The position numbers and the translations under genes are program-made. 64,000 nucleotides of DNA from Myxococcota bacterium (GTDB taxonomy: Bacteria > Myxococcota_A > UBA9160 > JAFDDA01), in contig OZ245817.1 of assembly GCA_965228475.1 (NCBI GenBank), positions 128,001-192,000 on the forward strand. Direction: 5' to 3'. Every line of letters begins with the position of its first letter. Positions within the stretch are counted from its first letter, which is position 1. Shown one piece after another: positions 21,088-31,696 of this stretch. Under the pieces are notes generated by a model. The model was not told the DNA's origin and made no database searches. It was given only the letters and a program-made list of their open reading frames with translations.

Positions 21088-21843
21088 ATGTCGAACCATC
21101 AACCCCGAGGTTTCTTCGCCCGCTTCAAGGCCCTCCTCCGTGGCACCTTCGGTGTCTGGGTGCGGGACAAGGAGCGGGAGAACCCCCAGGCCGTCTACGA
21201 ACAGGCGATCCAGGAGCGCACGCGCCAGTACCGGGATCTGAAGGGCGCCGTCGCGGGGATCCTCTACATGCGCAACAAGATCCAGGCGGATCTCGCCGAG
21301 CGGCGCGCCGAGGTGACCCAGCTTCGCGAAGACATCCGCCGCAGCGTCGAGCGCGGCGAGGACGATCTGGCGCTCGCGCTGATCGGCCAGCGCCAGGCCG
21401 TCGACGAGGAGATCGAGCGCGCGGAAGAGGAGCTGAAGGCGGTGCACCACGAGGCCAGCGAGGCCAAGGGCAACCTGCAGCGCTTCCGTGAGGAGATCCG
21501 CAGCCTCGAGCGCGAGAAGGTGCGCACGCTCGCGACCCTCGCCAACGCGCGCGCGCGGCGCCGCATCCAGGAGGCCTTCGAGGGGCTCTCGGTCGAGGCC
21601 GACATGCGGGCCCTCGAGGGCGTCCGCGAGTACGTGGCGCGGATGTCGACGGAGGGCCGCCTGACCCAGGAGCTCGAGGAGGACGGCGACATGCGGCGGC
21701 GCGTGAAGGAGATCCGGCGCGAGGCGACGACCGAGGCGCACCGCGCCGAGCTCGAAGCGCTCAAGCGCAAGCTCCGCCCCGAGCTCCCGGCCGGAACGGG
21801 AACGCCGATCCCGGTGGAGGAGCGCCAGGCCGTCCTGGCCTAG
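21088..21843 (+). CDS. PspA/IM30 family protein
   Basis: AAGGAGG RBS; N-terminal amphipathic helix GFFARFKALL, ENP motif, long coiled coil. Confidence 0.8.
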   Translation: MSNHQPRGFFARFKALLRGTFGVWVRDKERENPQAVYEQAIQERTRQYRDLKGAVAGILYMRNKIQADLAERRAEVTQLREDIRRSVERGEDDLALALIGQRQAVDEEIERAEEELKAVHHEASEAKGNLQRFREEIRSLEREKVRTLATLANARARRRIQEAFEGLSVEADMRALEGVREYVARMSTEGRLTQELEEDGDMRRRVKEIRREATTEAHRAELEALKRKLRPELPAGTGTPIPVEERQAVLA

Positions 21844-21850
21844 CCATCGG

Positions 21851-21883
21851 GTCCTGCCGAGGGGGTCATCCCCTCGGCAGGAC
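21851..21883. terminator. Hairpin between convergent genes
   Basis: GTCCTGCCGAGGGG-GTCAT-CCCCTCGGCAGGAC, 14-bp perfect stem. Confidence 0.75.
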
Positions 21884-24138
21884 TACTTCTCTTCGAAGGC
21901 GTAGATGCCGTCCCAGGTGGGCGGCGGATCCTTGCGCAGCCGCTCGATGCGCTCGAGCATGAGCTCGCAGGCCACGTCCTCGCCGCCGCGAAGCTCGAGG
22001 CAGCGGCGGAAGGCGGCCTCCGCCTCGTCCCAGCGCCCGGCCTTGTAGGCCGACAGGCCCTCGCCGTAGGCGTCGAGCCAGGCCCGCTGCTCCGGCGTCG
22101 CCTCGCCGCGCACGAGGATCTCGAACAGCCGCACGCCCTCCGTCTTGCCCTTCACCTTGATCTCGTCGAGCTCGCGGACGAGGAAGCCCTCGGGCAGGCG
22201 GTCGACGAGATCGCCGCTCGCGAGCACGCCGGCGCCGTACTTCTTGGTGAGGGATTCGATCCGGGCGCAGAGGTTCACGCCGTCGCCGATCACGGTGTAG
22301 TCGACGCGGCGCACGCTCCCCATGTTGCCGACCGAGACCTCGGCGCTGTGGATGCCGATGCCGATCTTCAGGCGATCCATCCCGGGCACCTTGCCGCCGA
22401 GCGTCTCGCGCAGCCGCGCGGTCTCCACCTGCATGGCGAGTGCGGCTTCCGCGGCCACGAGCGGGTGGTTCTCGACGGGCAGCGGCGCTCCCCAGAACGC
22501 CATGACCGCGTCGCCGATGTATTTGTCGAGGGTGCCGCCGCCCTTGAAGACGATCTCGGTCATCGGCGTCAGGTATTCCTGGAGCATGGTCACGACGTTC
22601 TCGGCGCCGATCTCCTCGCTGATGGTCGTGAAGCTCCGGATGTCGCTGAAGAGGATCGAGAGGTCGCGGCGCTCGCCGCCGAGCTGGAACGCGTCCGGCG
22701 TCTCCGTCATCTGTTCGACCACGTCCGGCGAGACGTAGGTCGCGAACTGTTTGCGGATCTGCCGGCTCTTCGCTTCGACCGTCATGCTCTGGCTGAGCGC
22801 GACGGCGAGGTAGGTGGAGAGAACCGTCATGCCTGGGTAGGCGAGGTTGACCCACCAGTAGCGTTCGACGAAGACGTAGAGGCAGAAGCCGACGATTCCG
22901 GCGAGCAGCACCAGGCTGAACACCGCGCCGACCGCCGCGCCGCCCATGCGCGGCGCGAGTAGGGCGATCAGCAGCCCCGCGGCGAGCATCATGAAGACTT
23001 CGAGCACCTCGAAGTCCCCGCTCTTGCGCAGCACCTCCCCGGTCAGGAGGTTGTCGACGATGGTGGTGTGGACCTCGACCCCGGGGAACGCCGCGGAGAA
23101 CGGGCTGCCGTAGACGTCCTGGATGCCGACCTCGGTCGGGCCGACCACGACGATGGCGCCCTTCCCGCGCAGCTCCTCGTCGTGCTTGCCCGCCAGGATG
23201 TCGACGATCGAGAGGTGCGGGAAGGTGCGGGTCGGTCCGCGGTAGTTCACGAGGATCTGTCCGCCCGAATCGCTCGCGATCATCTTGTCGCCGAGCCGGA
23301 ACTGCTCGATCCCCGGGGCCTCGCTCTCGACGAAGCCGATCGCCTCGGCCTGGGTGCCGAGAGCGAGCTCCGCGATGGCGAGATCGAGGCTCACGAAGAG
23401 CTCCTCGGCGCAGCGGATCACGAGCGAGGAGCGGCGCACCACGCCGTCGATGTCGGTGTAGGTCGAGAAGAAGCCCATGCGCCGGGGCGCGCGGTGGAAG
23501 CGCTCGATGTTCGGCTCGACGTCCACGCAGGTGAGGAAGGGGGTCTCGTCCTCGCGCACGACGCGCGTCTTCACCTTCAGCTTGCTGCGCTTCACGAGGG
23601 GGAGGTCGCGTTCGAGGTTGATCTCGCTCCCGCCGTCGAGCTCGGAATCCCGCTCCGTGCGGAAGAAGTACCCCATGGTCACGATGTCCCGGGCGCCGCG
23701 GATGGCGGCCTCGAGCTGGTCGTCGGTGCTCGCGCGCTCGATCGCCTCGTCCACCATGGAGAGTGCGGGGCCGCCGCCGCCGAGCTTCGCCAGGCCGTCT
23801 CGTGCCTCGCGGAGCGGCAGCAGCTCCGGCGGCTCCTCCGGTTCGCTGAACACGATGTCGAGCCCGATCGAGGAGGCGCCGAGCTCCTGGAGCTTCGTGA
23901 TGAGGTCCGCCATCACGGAGCGGCGCCAGGGCCAGCGCCCGAGCTCGTCCACGCTCTTCGCGTCGATGGCGGCGATGTAGATCGGGTACTGCGGCTCGAT
24001 GGGGCCCCGCACGCGGAACCGCGTGTCGAGCAGCATGGCCTCGAAGCGCCGCATCGGAGCCGGGTCCGCGGCCTTCAGGGCGAGCATGAGGAGCAGGGCG
24101 GCGAGCCCCGCCAGGGTGATGCGGACGCTCGGGCTCAT
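21883..24138 (-). CDS. CHASE2-domain class III adenylate cyclase with C-terminal TPR
   Basis: ID.KS..ELGRWPWRR, PGVEVH, 3 TM, FSDIRSFT, DKYIGDAVMAFW, DYTVIGDGVNLCARIES. Confidence 0.93.
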   Translation of the reverse strand: MSPSVRITLAGLAALLLMLALKAADPAPMRRFEAMLLDTRFRVRGPIEPQYPIYIAAIDAKSVDELGRWPWRRSVMADLITKLQELGASSIGLDIVFSEPEEPPELLPLREARDGLAKLGGGGPALSMVDEAIERASTDDQLEAAIRGARDIVTMGYFFRTERDSELDGGSEINLERDLPLVKRSKLKVKTRVVREDETPFLTCVDVEPNIERFHRAPRRMGFFSTYTDIDGVVRRSSLVIRCAEELFVSLDLAIAELALGTQAEAIGFVESEAPGIEQFRLGDKMIASDSGGQILVNYRGPTRTFPHLSIVDILAGKHDEELRGKGAIVVVGPTEVGIQDVYGSPFSAAFPGVEVHTTIVDNLLTGEVLRKSGDFEVLEVFMMLAAGLLIALLAPRMGGAAVGAVFSLVLLAGIVGFCLYVFVERYWWVNLAYPGMTVLSTYLAVALSQSMTVEAKSRQIRKQFATYVSPDVVEQMTETPDAFQLGGERRDLSILFSDIRSFTTISEEIGAENVVTMLQEYLTPMTEIVFKGGGTLDKYIGDAVMAFWGAPLPVENHPLVAAEAALAMQVETARLRETLGGKVPGMDRLKIGIGIHSAEVSVGNMGSVRRVDYTVIGDGVNLCARIESLTKKYGAGVLASGDLVDRLPEGFLVRELDEIKVKGKTEGVRLFEILVRGEATPEQRAWLDAYGEGLSAYKAGRWDEAEAAFRRCLELRGGEDVACELMLERIERLRKDPPPTWDGIYAFEEK

Positions 24139-24195
24139 GGCGACGGGGCTCCTCGGGTCATGGAAGACCTCGGCTCATGGGGAAGGATTCTCCGC

Positions 24196-24237
24196 AAAAG
24201 AAAGGCCCGCGCCAACCCCGAAGGGTGGGCGCGGGCC
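24196..24237 (-). terminator. Intrinsic terminator after the FecR-like gene
   Basis: GGCCCGCGCC..TTCG..GGCGCGGGCC followed by TTTCTTTT. Confidence 0.75.
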
Positions 24238-24263
24238 GAAGCTTCGCCGGAAGCGGAACCGGG

Positions 24264-25133
24264 CTAGAAGATGCCCGTGTTCATTTCCTGGGTGGGCGGG
24301 TCCATGGTCGGCGGCTGCATCATCGGAGGCGGCATCACCGGCGGCGTGGTCGTGCCCGGGCCGACGTCGGTCGGGGGCGGGTTCCCGCCCGGCGGGTCGA
24401 TGTCGATGTCGGGGCCACCCGGGCCGGCACCGACGTCCGGGCCCACCGGCGTGATGAAGTCCGGCTGGGTGAAGTTCGGCGTGGTGAAGGCCACGGAGAA
24501 CGGGTTCGCCGGGTTCACGAGCTGCTCACTGACCGCGCCCGTATCGCCGTAGGTGTAGACGCAGTTGCCAGGGGCCGGGATGCCGACGCCGTTGGCCGCG
24601 CGCACCGTGATCTTCCCGTCCACCAGGCAGAAGAGCCACTGACCCTTCTCCTTGTCGTTGCCCGTGATGCGGGATTCGGTGTCGAGCTCGGAGGTGAAGT
24701 CCGTGCCCTTCACGCCGACGACGGCCGTCGGGGTGTGGACCTCCATCCGGGTCTGCCCGCCGAAGGCCGAGCCCACCACCGTGCGCAGGCGGCCGCGCGT
24801 CTGGCGGATGATCGAGCGGTCGCGCGTGGCGGCCGTCCCGACGTGGAGGCTCTGGATCGTGATCTCGGTGTCTTCGTCGATCGAGAGCGTCGTGTCGTCG
24901 GCGAGGATGATCTTCGCCAGCGAGTCGAAGCCCGTCTTGATCGTGTCACCGACCGCGATCTCCGAGTCCTGGACGGCGACCTTGAAGGTCTGGGTGCCGC
25001 GTTCCTGGACCTGGACGTCGCCCGTGGCGACCGCAATGAAACCGACCGACTCGGCCGAGGCCGTACCCGCCGCGGCGAAGATCACCGTCGCGAGAGCCGA
25101 GAGCGCGAACGCGCTTGCCTTGGAAACCATCAT
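24264..25133 (-). CDS. Periplasmic FecR-domain protein with Pro-rich tail
   Basis: Signal peptide, GDTIKTG..S.A.I...D.T, TPTAVVGVKGTDF; AAGGAG RBS. Confidence 0.85.
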   Translation of the reverse strand: MMVSKASAFALSALATVIFAAAGTASAESVGFIAVATGDVQVQERGTQTFKVAVQDSEIAVGDTIKTGFDSLAKIILADDTTLSIDEDTEITIQSLHVGTAATRDRSIIRQTRGRLRTVVGSAFGGQTRMEVHTPTAVVGVKGTDFTSELDTESRITGNDKEKGQWLFCLVDGKITVRAANGVGIPAPGNCVYTYGDTGAVSEQLVNPANPFSVAFTTPNFTQPDFITPVGPDVGAGPGGPDIDIDPPGGNPPPTDVGPGTTTPPVMPPPMMQPPTMDPPTQEMNTGIF

Positions 25134-25179
25134 GTTGAACTCCTTCCAACGGCGGGGCCGGCCTTGGGGGGAACCGACC

Positions 25180-26892
25180 CTAACGCCTGAAAGTGGCAGC
25201 AAAACCGACGATGTGTCGGTCGAAATCGAATTCCTGGGTCTGGGATTCCCAGTCCACCCAGCGGTAGAAGGTCTCGAGCGTCACGTGGTTGCCGATGTTC
25301 TTCCGCAGCCTGACGCGTGCTTGCGTAATGCGGTCGAGACGCGAGTTGGTGTTGCAAGTGCCCAGATTCTCGAAGAACGGCGTACCCGTGCTCGGGTCCG
25401 CGAAGACGATCTGGCACTCGCCCGCGGTGCCGTTGCCGTTGAAGACCGGGGCGGCGCGGACGGCCCCTTCGCCGGATGCCTCCCGGAAGGCCTCGAAGAA
25501 GCTCTCCCGTGCGTAGGCCCTGCGCTCCCAGGACGCATCCACCGAGATGTCCATGTCCCAGGGCAGGGAGAAGCCGATCGTGGCGAGCGGCTTGTGGCTC
25601 CGCGAATCGAAGTGGTGCCCGTCGGAGGCCTCGACCCGGTACCGGTAGCCGAGGCGCAGGTACGCCAGCCCCTCGGAGAACGGGTTCGGGATGGGGAAGT
25701 ACTGGTCGATGCCCAGCCGGCGCACCTGGCCGTCGCGGTCCCGCGTCGGGATCGACTCGAAGGCGTCCAGGTAGTTGCGGTCTTCCCACTCGCCGAAGAT
25801 CCGCGTCAGGTAGCCCTTGGCGGGCATGATGCGGATGGCCGGCTGAACGAAGTTCGCGGCCTTGAAGCTGTGGTAGTTGCGCCAGACGCGCTCGTGGGTG
25901 AGCCGCACGTCGAAGGCGAGCTGCTGGAGCGGCTGGTAGGAGAGCGACGTCCAGGGCCGGATCTGCTGGATGTCGAACGAGTGCTCCTTGTTGTGATAGG
26001 AGACGTAGCCCGTGAAACCCGTGCGCAGGGACAGGCCGTTCCATTCGAATACGCGCGCGTTGAGACCGGTCTCGAGCACGGCGCGGTAGCCGTCGACGCT
26101 GCTCTGGTCGACCTGATCGTCCGCGCCCGCGATGGTGAGGTTCGAGTCGTAGGCCGCGCCGAGCCGGGCCCAGAGCGAGATGCGCTGCGGCTGGCGCTTG
26201 CGCAGCTCCTGCAGGTAGCGCTCGGCCGAGCGCGCGAGCTCGGAATCCGGGTCGATCTCGCGCACCTCTTCGAAGAAGCGCTCGGCGTCGCGGAGTTCGC
26301 TGCGCTGCAGGTGGAGCAGCCCCAGCCGATAGGCGGCCGGGCCCTGGAACTCCGGATCGAGGCGGGCGGCCTCCTGGAGCTCGATCTCCGCGTTCTGATC
26401 CTCGCCCAGCTCCTGGTAGGCGCGGCCGAGGTAGAGGCGCACGCGGGCGTCCTGCGGCGCCGCCGCGCGCGCGGCTTCGAGGTGTCCGCGCGCGGCGATC
26501 CAGTCCTGCTGGCGGTAGGCGGTCAGCGCGAGGAGGAAGTGGACGTCCGGGTCGTTCGGGTTGCTGCGCCGCAGCCGCTGCGTGACCTGCTCGGCTTCCG
26601 CCGGCCGGCCCGATTCCAGCAGGGCGCGGGCGTAGAGCGCCAGGGTCTCGGGGTGATCCGGGCGAAGCTGCAGCGACTCGTAGAGCTTGAGGAGCGCCGC
26701 CTCCGTGTCGCCGGTGCGCAGGGCGTGAGCGCCCCGCTGCTGGAGGATCTCGGCGCGAGCCGCATCGTCCAAGGCCGCGCTGGCCGGGCCCGCGGCCAAC
26801 AGCGTGGCTGCAACCAGGGCCGAGAAACCAGCGACAATTCGACGTTCTTTACCCAGCAGCCGGGTGAATCCCATGGGGCTCGTGCCTCGCAT
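25180..26892 (-). CDS. TPR + outer-membrane beta-barrel protein (Slam/DUF560-like)
   Basis: Signal peptide, ~5 TPRs, GAAYDSN then alternating beta-strands ending FAATFRR; alternative start 26874. Confidence 0.75.
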   Translation of the reverse strand: MRGTSPMGFTRLLGKERRIVAGFSALVAATLLAAGPASAALDDAARAEILQQRGAHALRTGDTEAALLKLYESLQLRPDHPETLALYARALLESGRPAEAEQVTQRLRRSNPNDPDVHFLLALTAYRQQDWIAARGHLEAARAAAPQDARVRLYLGRAYQELGEDQNAEIELQEAARLDPEFQGPAAYRLGLLHLQRSELRDAERFFEEVREIDPDSELARSAERYLQELRKRQPQRISLWARLGAAYDSNLTIAGADDQVDQSSVDGYRAVLETGLNARVFEWNGLSLRTGFTGYVSYHNKEHSFDIQQIRPWTSLSYQPLQQLAFDVRLTHERVWRNYHSFKAANFVQPAIRIMPAKGYLTRIFGEWEDRNYLDAFESIPTRDRDGQVRRLGIDQYFPIPNPFSEGLAYLRLGYRYRVEASDGHHFDSRSHKPLATIGFSLPWDMDISVDASWERRAYARESFFEAFREASGEGAVRAAPVFNGNGTAGECQIVFADPSTGTPFFENLGTCNTNSRLDRITQARVRLRKNIGNHVTLETFYRWVDWESQTQEFDFDRHIVGFAATFRR

Positions 26893-27156
26893 CTAGAGTG
26901 AGTGCTCGCGACCGGGCCACGCGTTGCGGTCCGGGCGCATTCAAACCGAATTGCAGGCCCCGATCCTATCACCTGCCCCGCCCTGCGGGGTAGGGGGCGA
27001 GGAATCGCCCTGAAATGGGTCCTTTTGGACACGATCCGCTCTTTGAAGTTTTCCACGCGATTTTCGGCCTCGGCCGACCACTGACTCACGAAAGACGACC
27101 CCCGCGGGCACGAGGCCCGCGCCAGGGGGCACTAACGAGCAGTACCGGTGGAAATC

Positions 27157-27960
27157 ATGGCGCTCACGAATGCTCTCAACCTCAATCTTCCGGCCTGGGT
27201 CCGCCCGGGCTGGCTGGCGATCGCAGCGGTCCTGTTGCTCGCGCCCGGGGCCGCCCAGGCGATGCCGATCCAGGTCGGCGAGAACGACGACACGGATTGT
27301 CTGACCCGCCAGACCGTCGACGGCCGCGCGGTCCACGACCCGGTGAACGGGAACTTCTGGGCCCGCCACGACACCTTCACGATCATCGGTGGCGACAGCT
27401 GCTTCAGCGCCAGCTTCGACGGCCTGAGCATCGTGGTGAAGACGCCTTTCCAGCTCGACGGGCCGGACGACATCGACGGCTTCGCCGAGTACGCCGTCCT
27501 CGACGCCGAGCTCGAAGGCCTCTACCCGAACTTCCACGAGAACTTCGGCGCCAACTTCGGCATGGACACGGGCGCCAACGACCCGCCGCTGATCGGCCCC
27601 GAGGGCGCCTTCGAGTCCGTTTTTGCCTGCGTCGACGCGGCGAGCATCGACGACTGCCTGAACAACGGCCCCCTGATCGAGCTCTTCGACGTCGGCGGTG
27701 GCTTCATGGTGTTCTCGATCGGAGGCCTGCAGAGCCGCTTCATCTGCGACCCGGGCGAGTGCACCAACAACTTCTCGTTCACCATCACGTCGATCGTCCA
27801 CAGCAACATCTTCGACGCCCCGGGCGCTCCGCCGCTCGACCAGGTGCCGATCCCGGAGATGATGATCGGCTGGCGCTTCACCCAGGTCGTGCCGGAGCCG
27901 AGCCTGCTGGCCCTGCTCGCGCCCATGCTCGGCGCGGTGGCCCTGCGGCGGCGCCGCTAG
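27157..27960 (+). CDS. PEP-CTERM sorting-domain surface protein
   Basis: Signal peptide (AQAMPI), acidic body with 6 Cys, VPEPSLLALLAPMLGAVALRRRR. Confidence 0.9.
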   Translation: MALTNALNLNLPAWVRPGWLAIAAVLLLAPGAAQAMPIQVGENDDTDCLTRQTVDGRAVHDPVNGNFWARHDTFTIIGGDSCFSASFDGLSIVVKTPFQLDGPDDIDGFAEYAVLDAELEGLYPNFHENFGANFGMDTGANDPPLIGPEGAFESVFACVDAASIDDCLNNGPLIELFDVGGGFMVFSIGGLQSRFICDPGECTNNFSFTITSIVHSNIFDAPGAPPLDQVPIPEMMIGWRFTQVVPEPSLLALLAPMLGAVALRRRR

Positions 27961-28000
27961 ACCCAAGGGCGGGGGCCAACGCCCCCTGCACCCCAGCTCG

Positions 28001-28035
28001 AAGAGCGGGTGAGGCTTCGGCCCCACCCGCTTTTT
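28001..28035 (+). terminator. Intrinsic terminator
   Basis: GCGGGTGAGGC-TTCG-GCCCCACCCGC-TTTTT. Confidence 0.8.
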
Positions 28036-28169
28036 CGTTCAGTGTTCTCGAAGGTTTCCGTTGCGGCGACGAACGGTGTTCGTCAAATTGCCGATCCCCC
28101 AGGTAACCCGATGGTTGCACTCGTGAGCACCCCGCTCGCAGCGCGCCGCCGGGTGGCGGGGGTTCCTCT

Positions 28170-29393
28170 TTGTCTCAGGTCGTATCGTCCACGGTTGCCA
28201 GCGCGGCTCGTGAGCTCGTCGCTGCGCGGCGGGTGCTGTGGGTCGGGGAGCCGCCGGTCTGGCAGGCGGCTCCGGCGCGCGGGGGCGTCGCCGACTCGGC
28301 AGCCCTGGATCTCGTCGTGGTCGACTTCGCCGGCGCGGAGGCCGGCCTCGACGCGGGCTTCGGCCTCGCGGTCGCGAATCTCTCGCGCGACGCGGAGGCG
28401 CGGCTCGAGGGCGTGCGCCGCTGGCGCCGGACCCACCCCCAGGTTGCCTGGCTGGCTCTCGTCGGCGAGGAGCCGATGGTCTCCGAGGAGCTCATGCTGC
28501 GCGCCGGGGTCGAGGAGATCCTCTTCGAGGACGAAGTCGCTCGCGGGCTCGGCCGGGCGGTCCGCCGCGCCCTGGCGCGCGCCGAGGCCCGGCCCGTCGC
28601 ACGCCCCCTCGATTGGGAGAGCCTGCCGCTGAAGGCGACCCGTCTGACGTCGCTCGGCACGGTCGCCGCCGGCGTCGCCCACGAGATCAACAACCCGCTG
28701 GCCTACATCCGCTCGAACCTCGAGTACATCCGCGAAGAGTTCTCGGGGATCGAGGAGCGCTTCGCCCGGCTGGTGAAGCGCTTCCCGAACGTCGCGGCCT
28801 CGGCCACGGGCTTCCCGAATCTGACGGAGCAGCTCGCCGAGCTGCGCACCGCCATGGACGAGGCCAACGAGGGCGTGACCCGCGTGACGGACGTCGTCGG
28901 CGGCCTGAAGCACTTCTCGAGCCGCCCGCAGACCCGGGTGGCCGAACTTTGCCCGGCGGAGGTCGCTCGCTCGTCTCTGCGCATCGCATCGCGAACGGTC
29001 TCCGACCGGGCTCACTTCGAAACGCGCCTCGGCCCGGTGCCCGCCGTGCGCGGCAGCGAGGCGTACCTCGGCCAGGTGGTCCTGAACCTCCTGGTGAACG
29101 CCGCCCAGGCCATCCCCGAGGACGCGGCGGACGACGCGGCCTACCGGGTCTCACTCGCCACCTACCGCGCCTGCGACGGTCACGCCGTGATCGAGGTCAG
29201 CGACACCGGGCCGGGCATGAGTGCCGAGGTCTCCGAGAAGATCTTCGAGCCCTTCTTCACGACCAAGCCGGACGGCACGGGCCTCGGCCTCGCCGTCTCG
29301 CGCCAGGTCGTCGAGGCGTTCGGCGGAGAGCTGACGGTCGAGTCCGAACTCGGGGCCGGCAGCACGTTCCGCGTGAAGCTCCCGCCGGCGTAG
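28170..29393 (+). CDS. Soluble histidine kinase with degenerate N-terminal receiver-like domain
   Basis: [36 protein letters not shown]; start uncertain. Confidence 0.88.
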   Translation: MSQVVSSTVASAARELVAARRVLWVGEPPVWQAAPARGGVADSAALDLVVVDFAGAEAGLDAGFGLAVANLSRDAEARLEGVRRWRRTHPQVAWLALVGEEPMVSEELMLRAGVEEILFEDEVARGLGRAVRRALARAEARPVARPLDWESLPLKATRLTSLGTVAAGVAHEINNPLAYIRSNLEYIREEFSGIEERFARLVKRFPNVAASATGFPNLTEQLAELRTAMDEANEGVTRVTDVVGGLKHFSSRPQTRVAELCPAEVARSSLRIASRTVSDRAHFETRLGPVPAVRGSEAYLGQVVLNLLVNAAQAIPEDAADDAAYRVSLATYRACDGHAVIEVSDTGPGMSAEVSEKIFEPFFTTKPDGTGLGLAVSRQVVEAFGGELTVESELGAGSTFRVKLPPA

Positions 29394-29434
29394 CCGAGAG
29401 CGGCGCCGCGCGACCGTTCCGCTATCTCCTCCCC

Positions 29435-30823
29435 ATGGAAGTCTCGAGCGTTCGCAGCCTGTTCGCGTCCGGCGCCGAAGGGGCCGAGGTGGTCATCGAA
29501 GGGTGGCTCCGGACCGCGCGCCATGGGAAGGAAGTCACCTTCCTCGCCGTCTCCGACGGTTCGTGCTTCGACCCGATCCAGGTCGTCGTGGCACCCGAGG
29601 TGTTCGAGGCCGATCCCTCGATCCGGGAGCTCGGGAACGGCTGCGCGGTGCGCGTGGAGGGCACGCTCGTCGCGTCGCCCGGCAAGGGGCAGGCCGTCGA
29701 GATCCAGGCCAGCCGGGTGGAGACCGTCGGCGGCGTCGACGACGACTACCCGCTCCAGAAGAAGCGACACTCCTTCGAGTACCTGCGCACCATCGCCCAT
29801 CTCCGGCCGCGCACGAACACCTTCGGCGCGGTCTTCCGCGTGCGCAACGCGGCGGCGCGCGCGATCCACGGCTTCTTCCAGGAGCGCGGCTTCCAGTGGC
29901 TGCACTCGCCGATCATCACGCTCTCGGATGCCGAGGGCGCCGGGCAGATGTTCCGCGTGACGAGCCTCCCGGCCGACGACCCGCCGCGCAGCGAGGACGG
30001 CGGCGTCGATTTCGGCCAGGATTTCTTCGGCGCGGAGTCCCACCTGACGGTGTCGGGCCAGCTCGAGGCCGAGATCGGCGCGCTCGCGCTCTCGAAGGTC
30101 TACACGTTCGGGCCGACCTTCCGCGCCGAGAACTCGAACACGAGCCGCCACCTCGCCGAGTTCTGGATGGTCGAGCCGGAGATGGCCTTCTGCGATCTCA
30201 CCGGCGACATGGATCTCGCCGAGGCGTTCCTGAAGCACGTGCTCTCGGCGGTGCTCGCCGATTGCCCGGACGACATGGCCTTCTTCGACCAGCGCATCGC
30301 CAAGGGTATCCGCGAGACGCTCGAGCACGTCGTCGCCTCACCCTTCGAGCGCCTCACCTACACCGAAGCCGTCGCGATCCTCGAGAAGAGCGGGCGCGAC
30401 TTCGAGTTCCCGGTCTCCTGGGGCGTCGACCTCCAGAGCGAGCACGAGCGCTACCTGACCGAGGAGCACGTCGGCCGTCCGGTGATCCTCTCGGACTACC
30501 CGAGCGCGATCAAAGCCTTCTACATGTACGCGAACGACGACGGGAAGACCGTCGCGGCGATGGACGTGCTCGTGCCGCGCATCGGGGAGATCGTCGGCGG
30601 CTCCCAGCGAGAGCACCGCGAGGACGTCCTGCGGCGCCGCATTCGCGAGCACGGGCTCCCCGAGGAGGACTACGGCTGGTACCTGGATCTCCGCCGTTTC
30701 GGCAGCGTGCCCCACGCCGGCTTCGGCCTGGGCTTCGAGCGGCTCGTCCAGTTCATGACGGGGATGGCGAACATCCGCGACGTGATCCCCTTCCCCCGCA
30801 CCCCGGGCAACGCCGAGTTCTAG
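29435..30823 (+). CDS. asnS: Asparagine--tRNA ligase
   Basis: [49 protein letters not shown]. Confidence 0.97.
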   Translation: MEVSSVRSLFASGAEGAEVVIEGWLRTARHGKEVTFLAVSDGSCFDPIQVVVAPEVFEADPSIRELGNGCAVRVEGTLVASPGKGQAVEIQASRVETVGGVDDDYPLQKKRHSFEYLRTIAHLRPRTNTFGAVFRVRNAAARAIHGFFQERGFQWLHSPIITLSDAEGAGQMFRVTSLPADDPPRSEDGGVDFGQDFFGAESHLTVSGQLEAEIGALALSKVYTFGPTFRAENSNTSRHLAEFWMVEPEMAFCDLTGDMDLAEAFLKHVLSAVLADCPDDMAFFDQRIAKGIRETLEHVVASPFERLTYTEAVAILEKSGRDFEFPVSWGVDLQSEHERYLTEEHVGRPVILSDYPSAIKAFYMYANDDGKTVAAMDVLVPRIGEIVGGSQREHREDVLRRRIREHGLPEEDYGWYLDLRRFGSVPHAGFGLGFERLVQFMTGMANIRDVIPFPRTPGNAEF

Positions 30824-31422
30824 GACGCTTCGAGAGCTGCGCGGACGAGGGGGAGCCGGTCGTTTCCGAAGTACATGTCGGCGCCGTCGACGAACATCGT
30901 CGGTGAGCCGAAGCCGCCGCGGGCGATCAGCTCGTCGGTGTTCGCGCGGAGCCGCTGCTTGATCTCCGGCGTGGCGATGGCGGCCAAGGTCTCCGCCGGG
31001 TCGAGCCCGACCCGCTCGGCGAGCGCCGCGATCTCCGCATCCTGGGAGACGTCGCGGTCCTCGCCCCAGTACGCCTCGAAGGCGGCGCGCGACCACGCGA
31101 CGAGCTTGCCGTGGGGCTCCGCGGCGAGCGCGCCGCGCATGACCTTCACGCTGTTCACGGGGAAGACGCTCGGCCAGCCGATCTCGAGGCCGTAGCGCCG
31201 CGCCCAGTCCTGCAGGTCCTTGGCGTGGTACGCGAGCTTCGCCGGGACCGGCGCCGAGCGCTGCTCGTAGACGCTCCCGTTCACGGCGTTGAAGACGCCG
31301 CCGACGAGGATCGGCTTCCAGGCGAACTCTGCCCCGGTCTCCCGGGCGAGGCCTTCGATCCGATCGAATGCGAGGTAGGTCCAGGGGCTGCCGCAGTCGT
31401 AGAAGAACTCGAGCGTCGCCAC
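30820..31422 (-). CDS. 2-hydroxychromene-2-carboxylate isomerase / DsbA-kappa-GST family
   Basis: [24 protein letters not shown]. Confidence 0.88.
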   Translation of the reverse strand: MATLEFFYDCGSPWTYLAFDRIEGLARETGAEFAWKPILVGGVFNAVNGSVYEQRSAPVPAKLAYHAKDLQDWARRYGLEIGWPSVFPVNSVKVMRGALAAEPHGKLVAWSRAAFEAYWGEDRDVSQDAEIAALAERVGLDPAETLAAIATPEIKQRLRANTDELIARGGFGSPTMFVDGADMYFGNDRLPLVRAALEAS

Positions 31423-31434
31423 GCGGCGCCCGGG

Positions 31435-31686
31435 CTACTTCTTGGCGCGGCTGCCGTAGCGGCGCTTGAAGCGGTCGATCTTCCCGTCCGCATCGAGCGA
31501 GCGCATCTTGCCCGTCCAGAACGGGTGGCTCTCGGCGGAGATCTCGAGCTTGATCACCGGCAGCGTCTCGCCGTCGACCTCACGCGTCTCGGCCGAGGTG
31601 AGCGTCGAGCGCGAAACCCACTCGTTGCCCGTCGCCGAATCGACGTAGAGCACCTTGTGGTAATCGGGGTGGATGCCTTCCTTCAT
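31435..31686 (-). CDS. rpmE2: 50S ribosomal protein L31 type B (Cys-free)
   Basis: MKEGIHPDY, ISAESHPFWTG, GKIDRFKRRY. Confidence 0.93.
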   Translation of the reverse strand: MKEGIHPDYHKVLYVDSATGNEWVSRSTLTSAETREVDGETLPVIKLEISAESHPFWTGKMRSLDADGKIDRFKRRYGSRAKK

Positions 31687-31696
31687 GGTGGGCTCC

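Noticed and set aside
27106..27121. Sigma54 site upstream of the PEP-CTERM gene (GGCACG-AGGC-CCGC)
   Set aside because: Spacing is right but the -12 element is poor; plausible by chance at this GC
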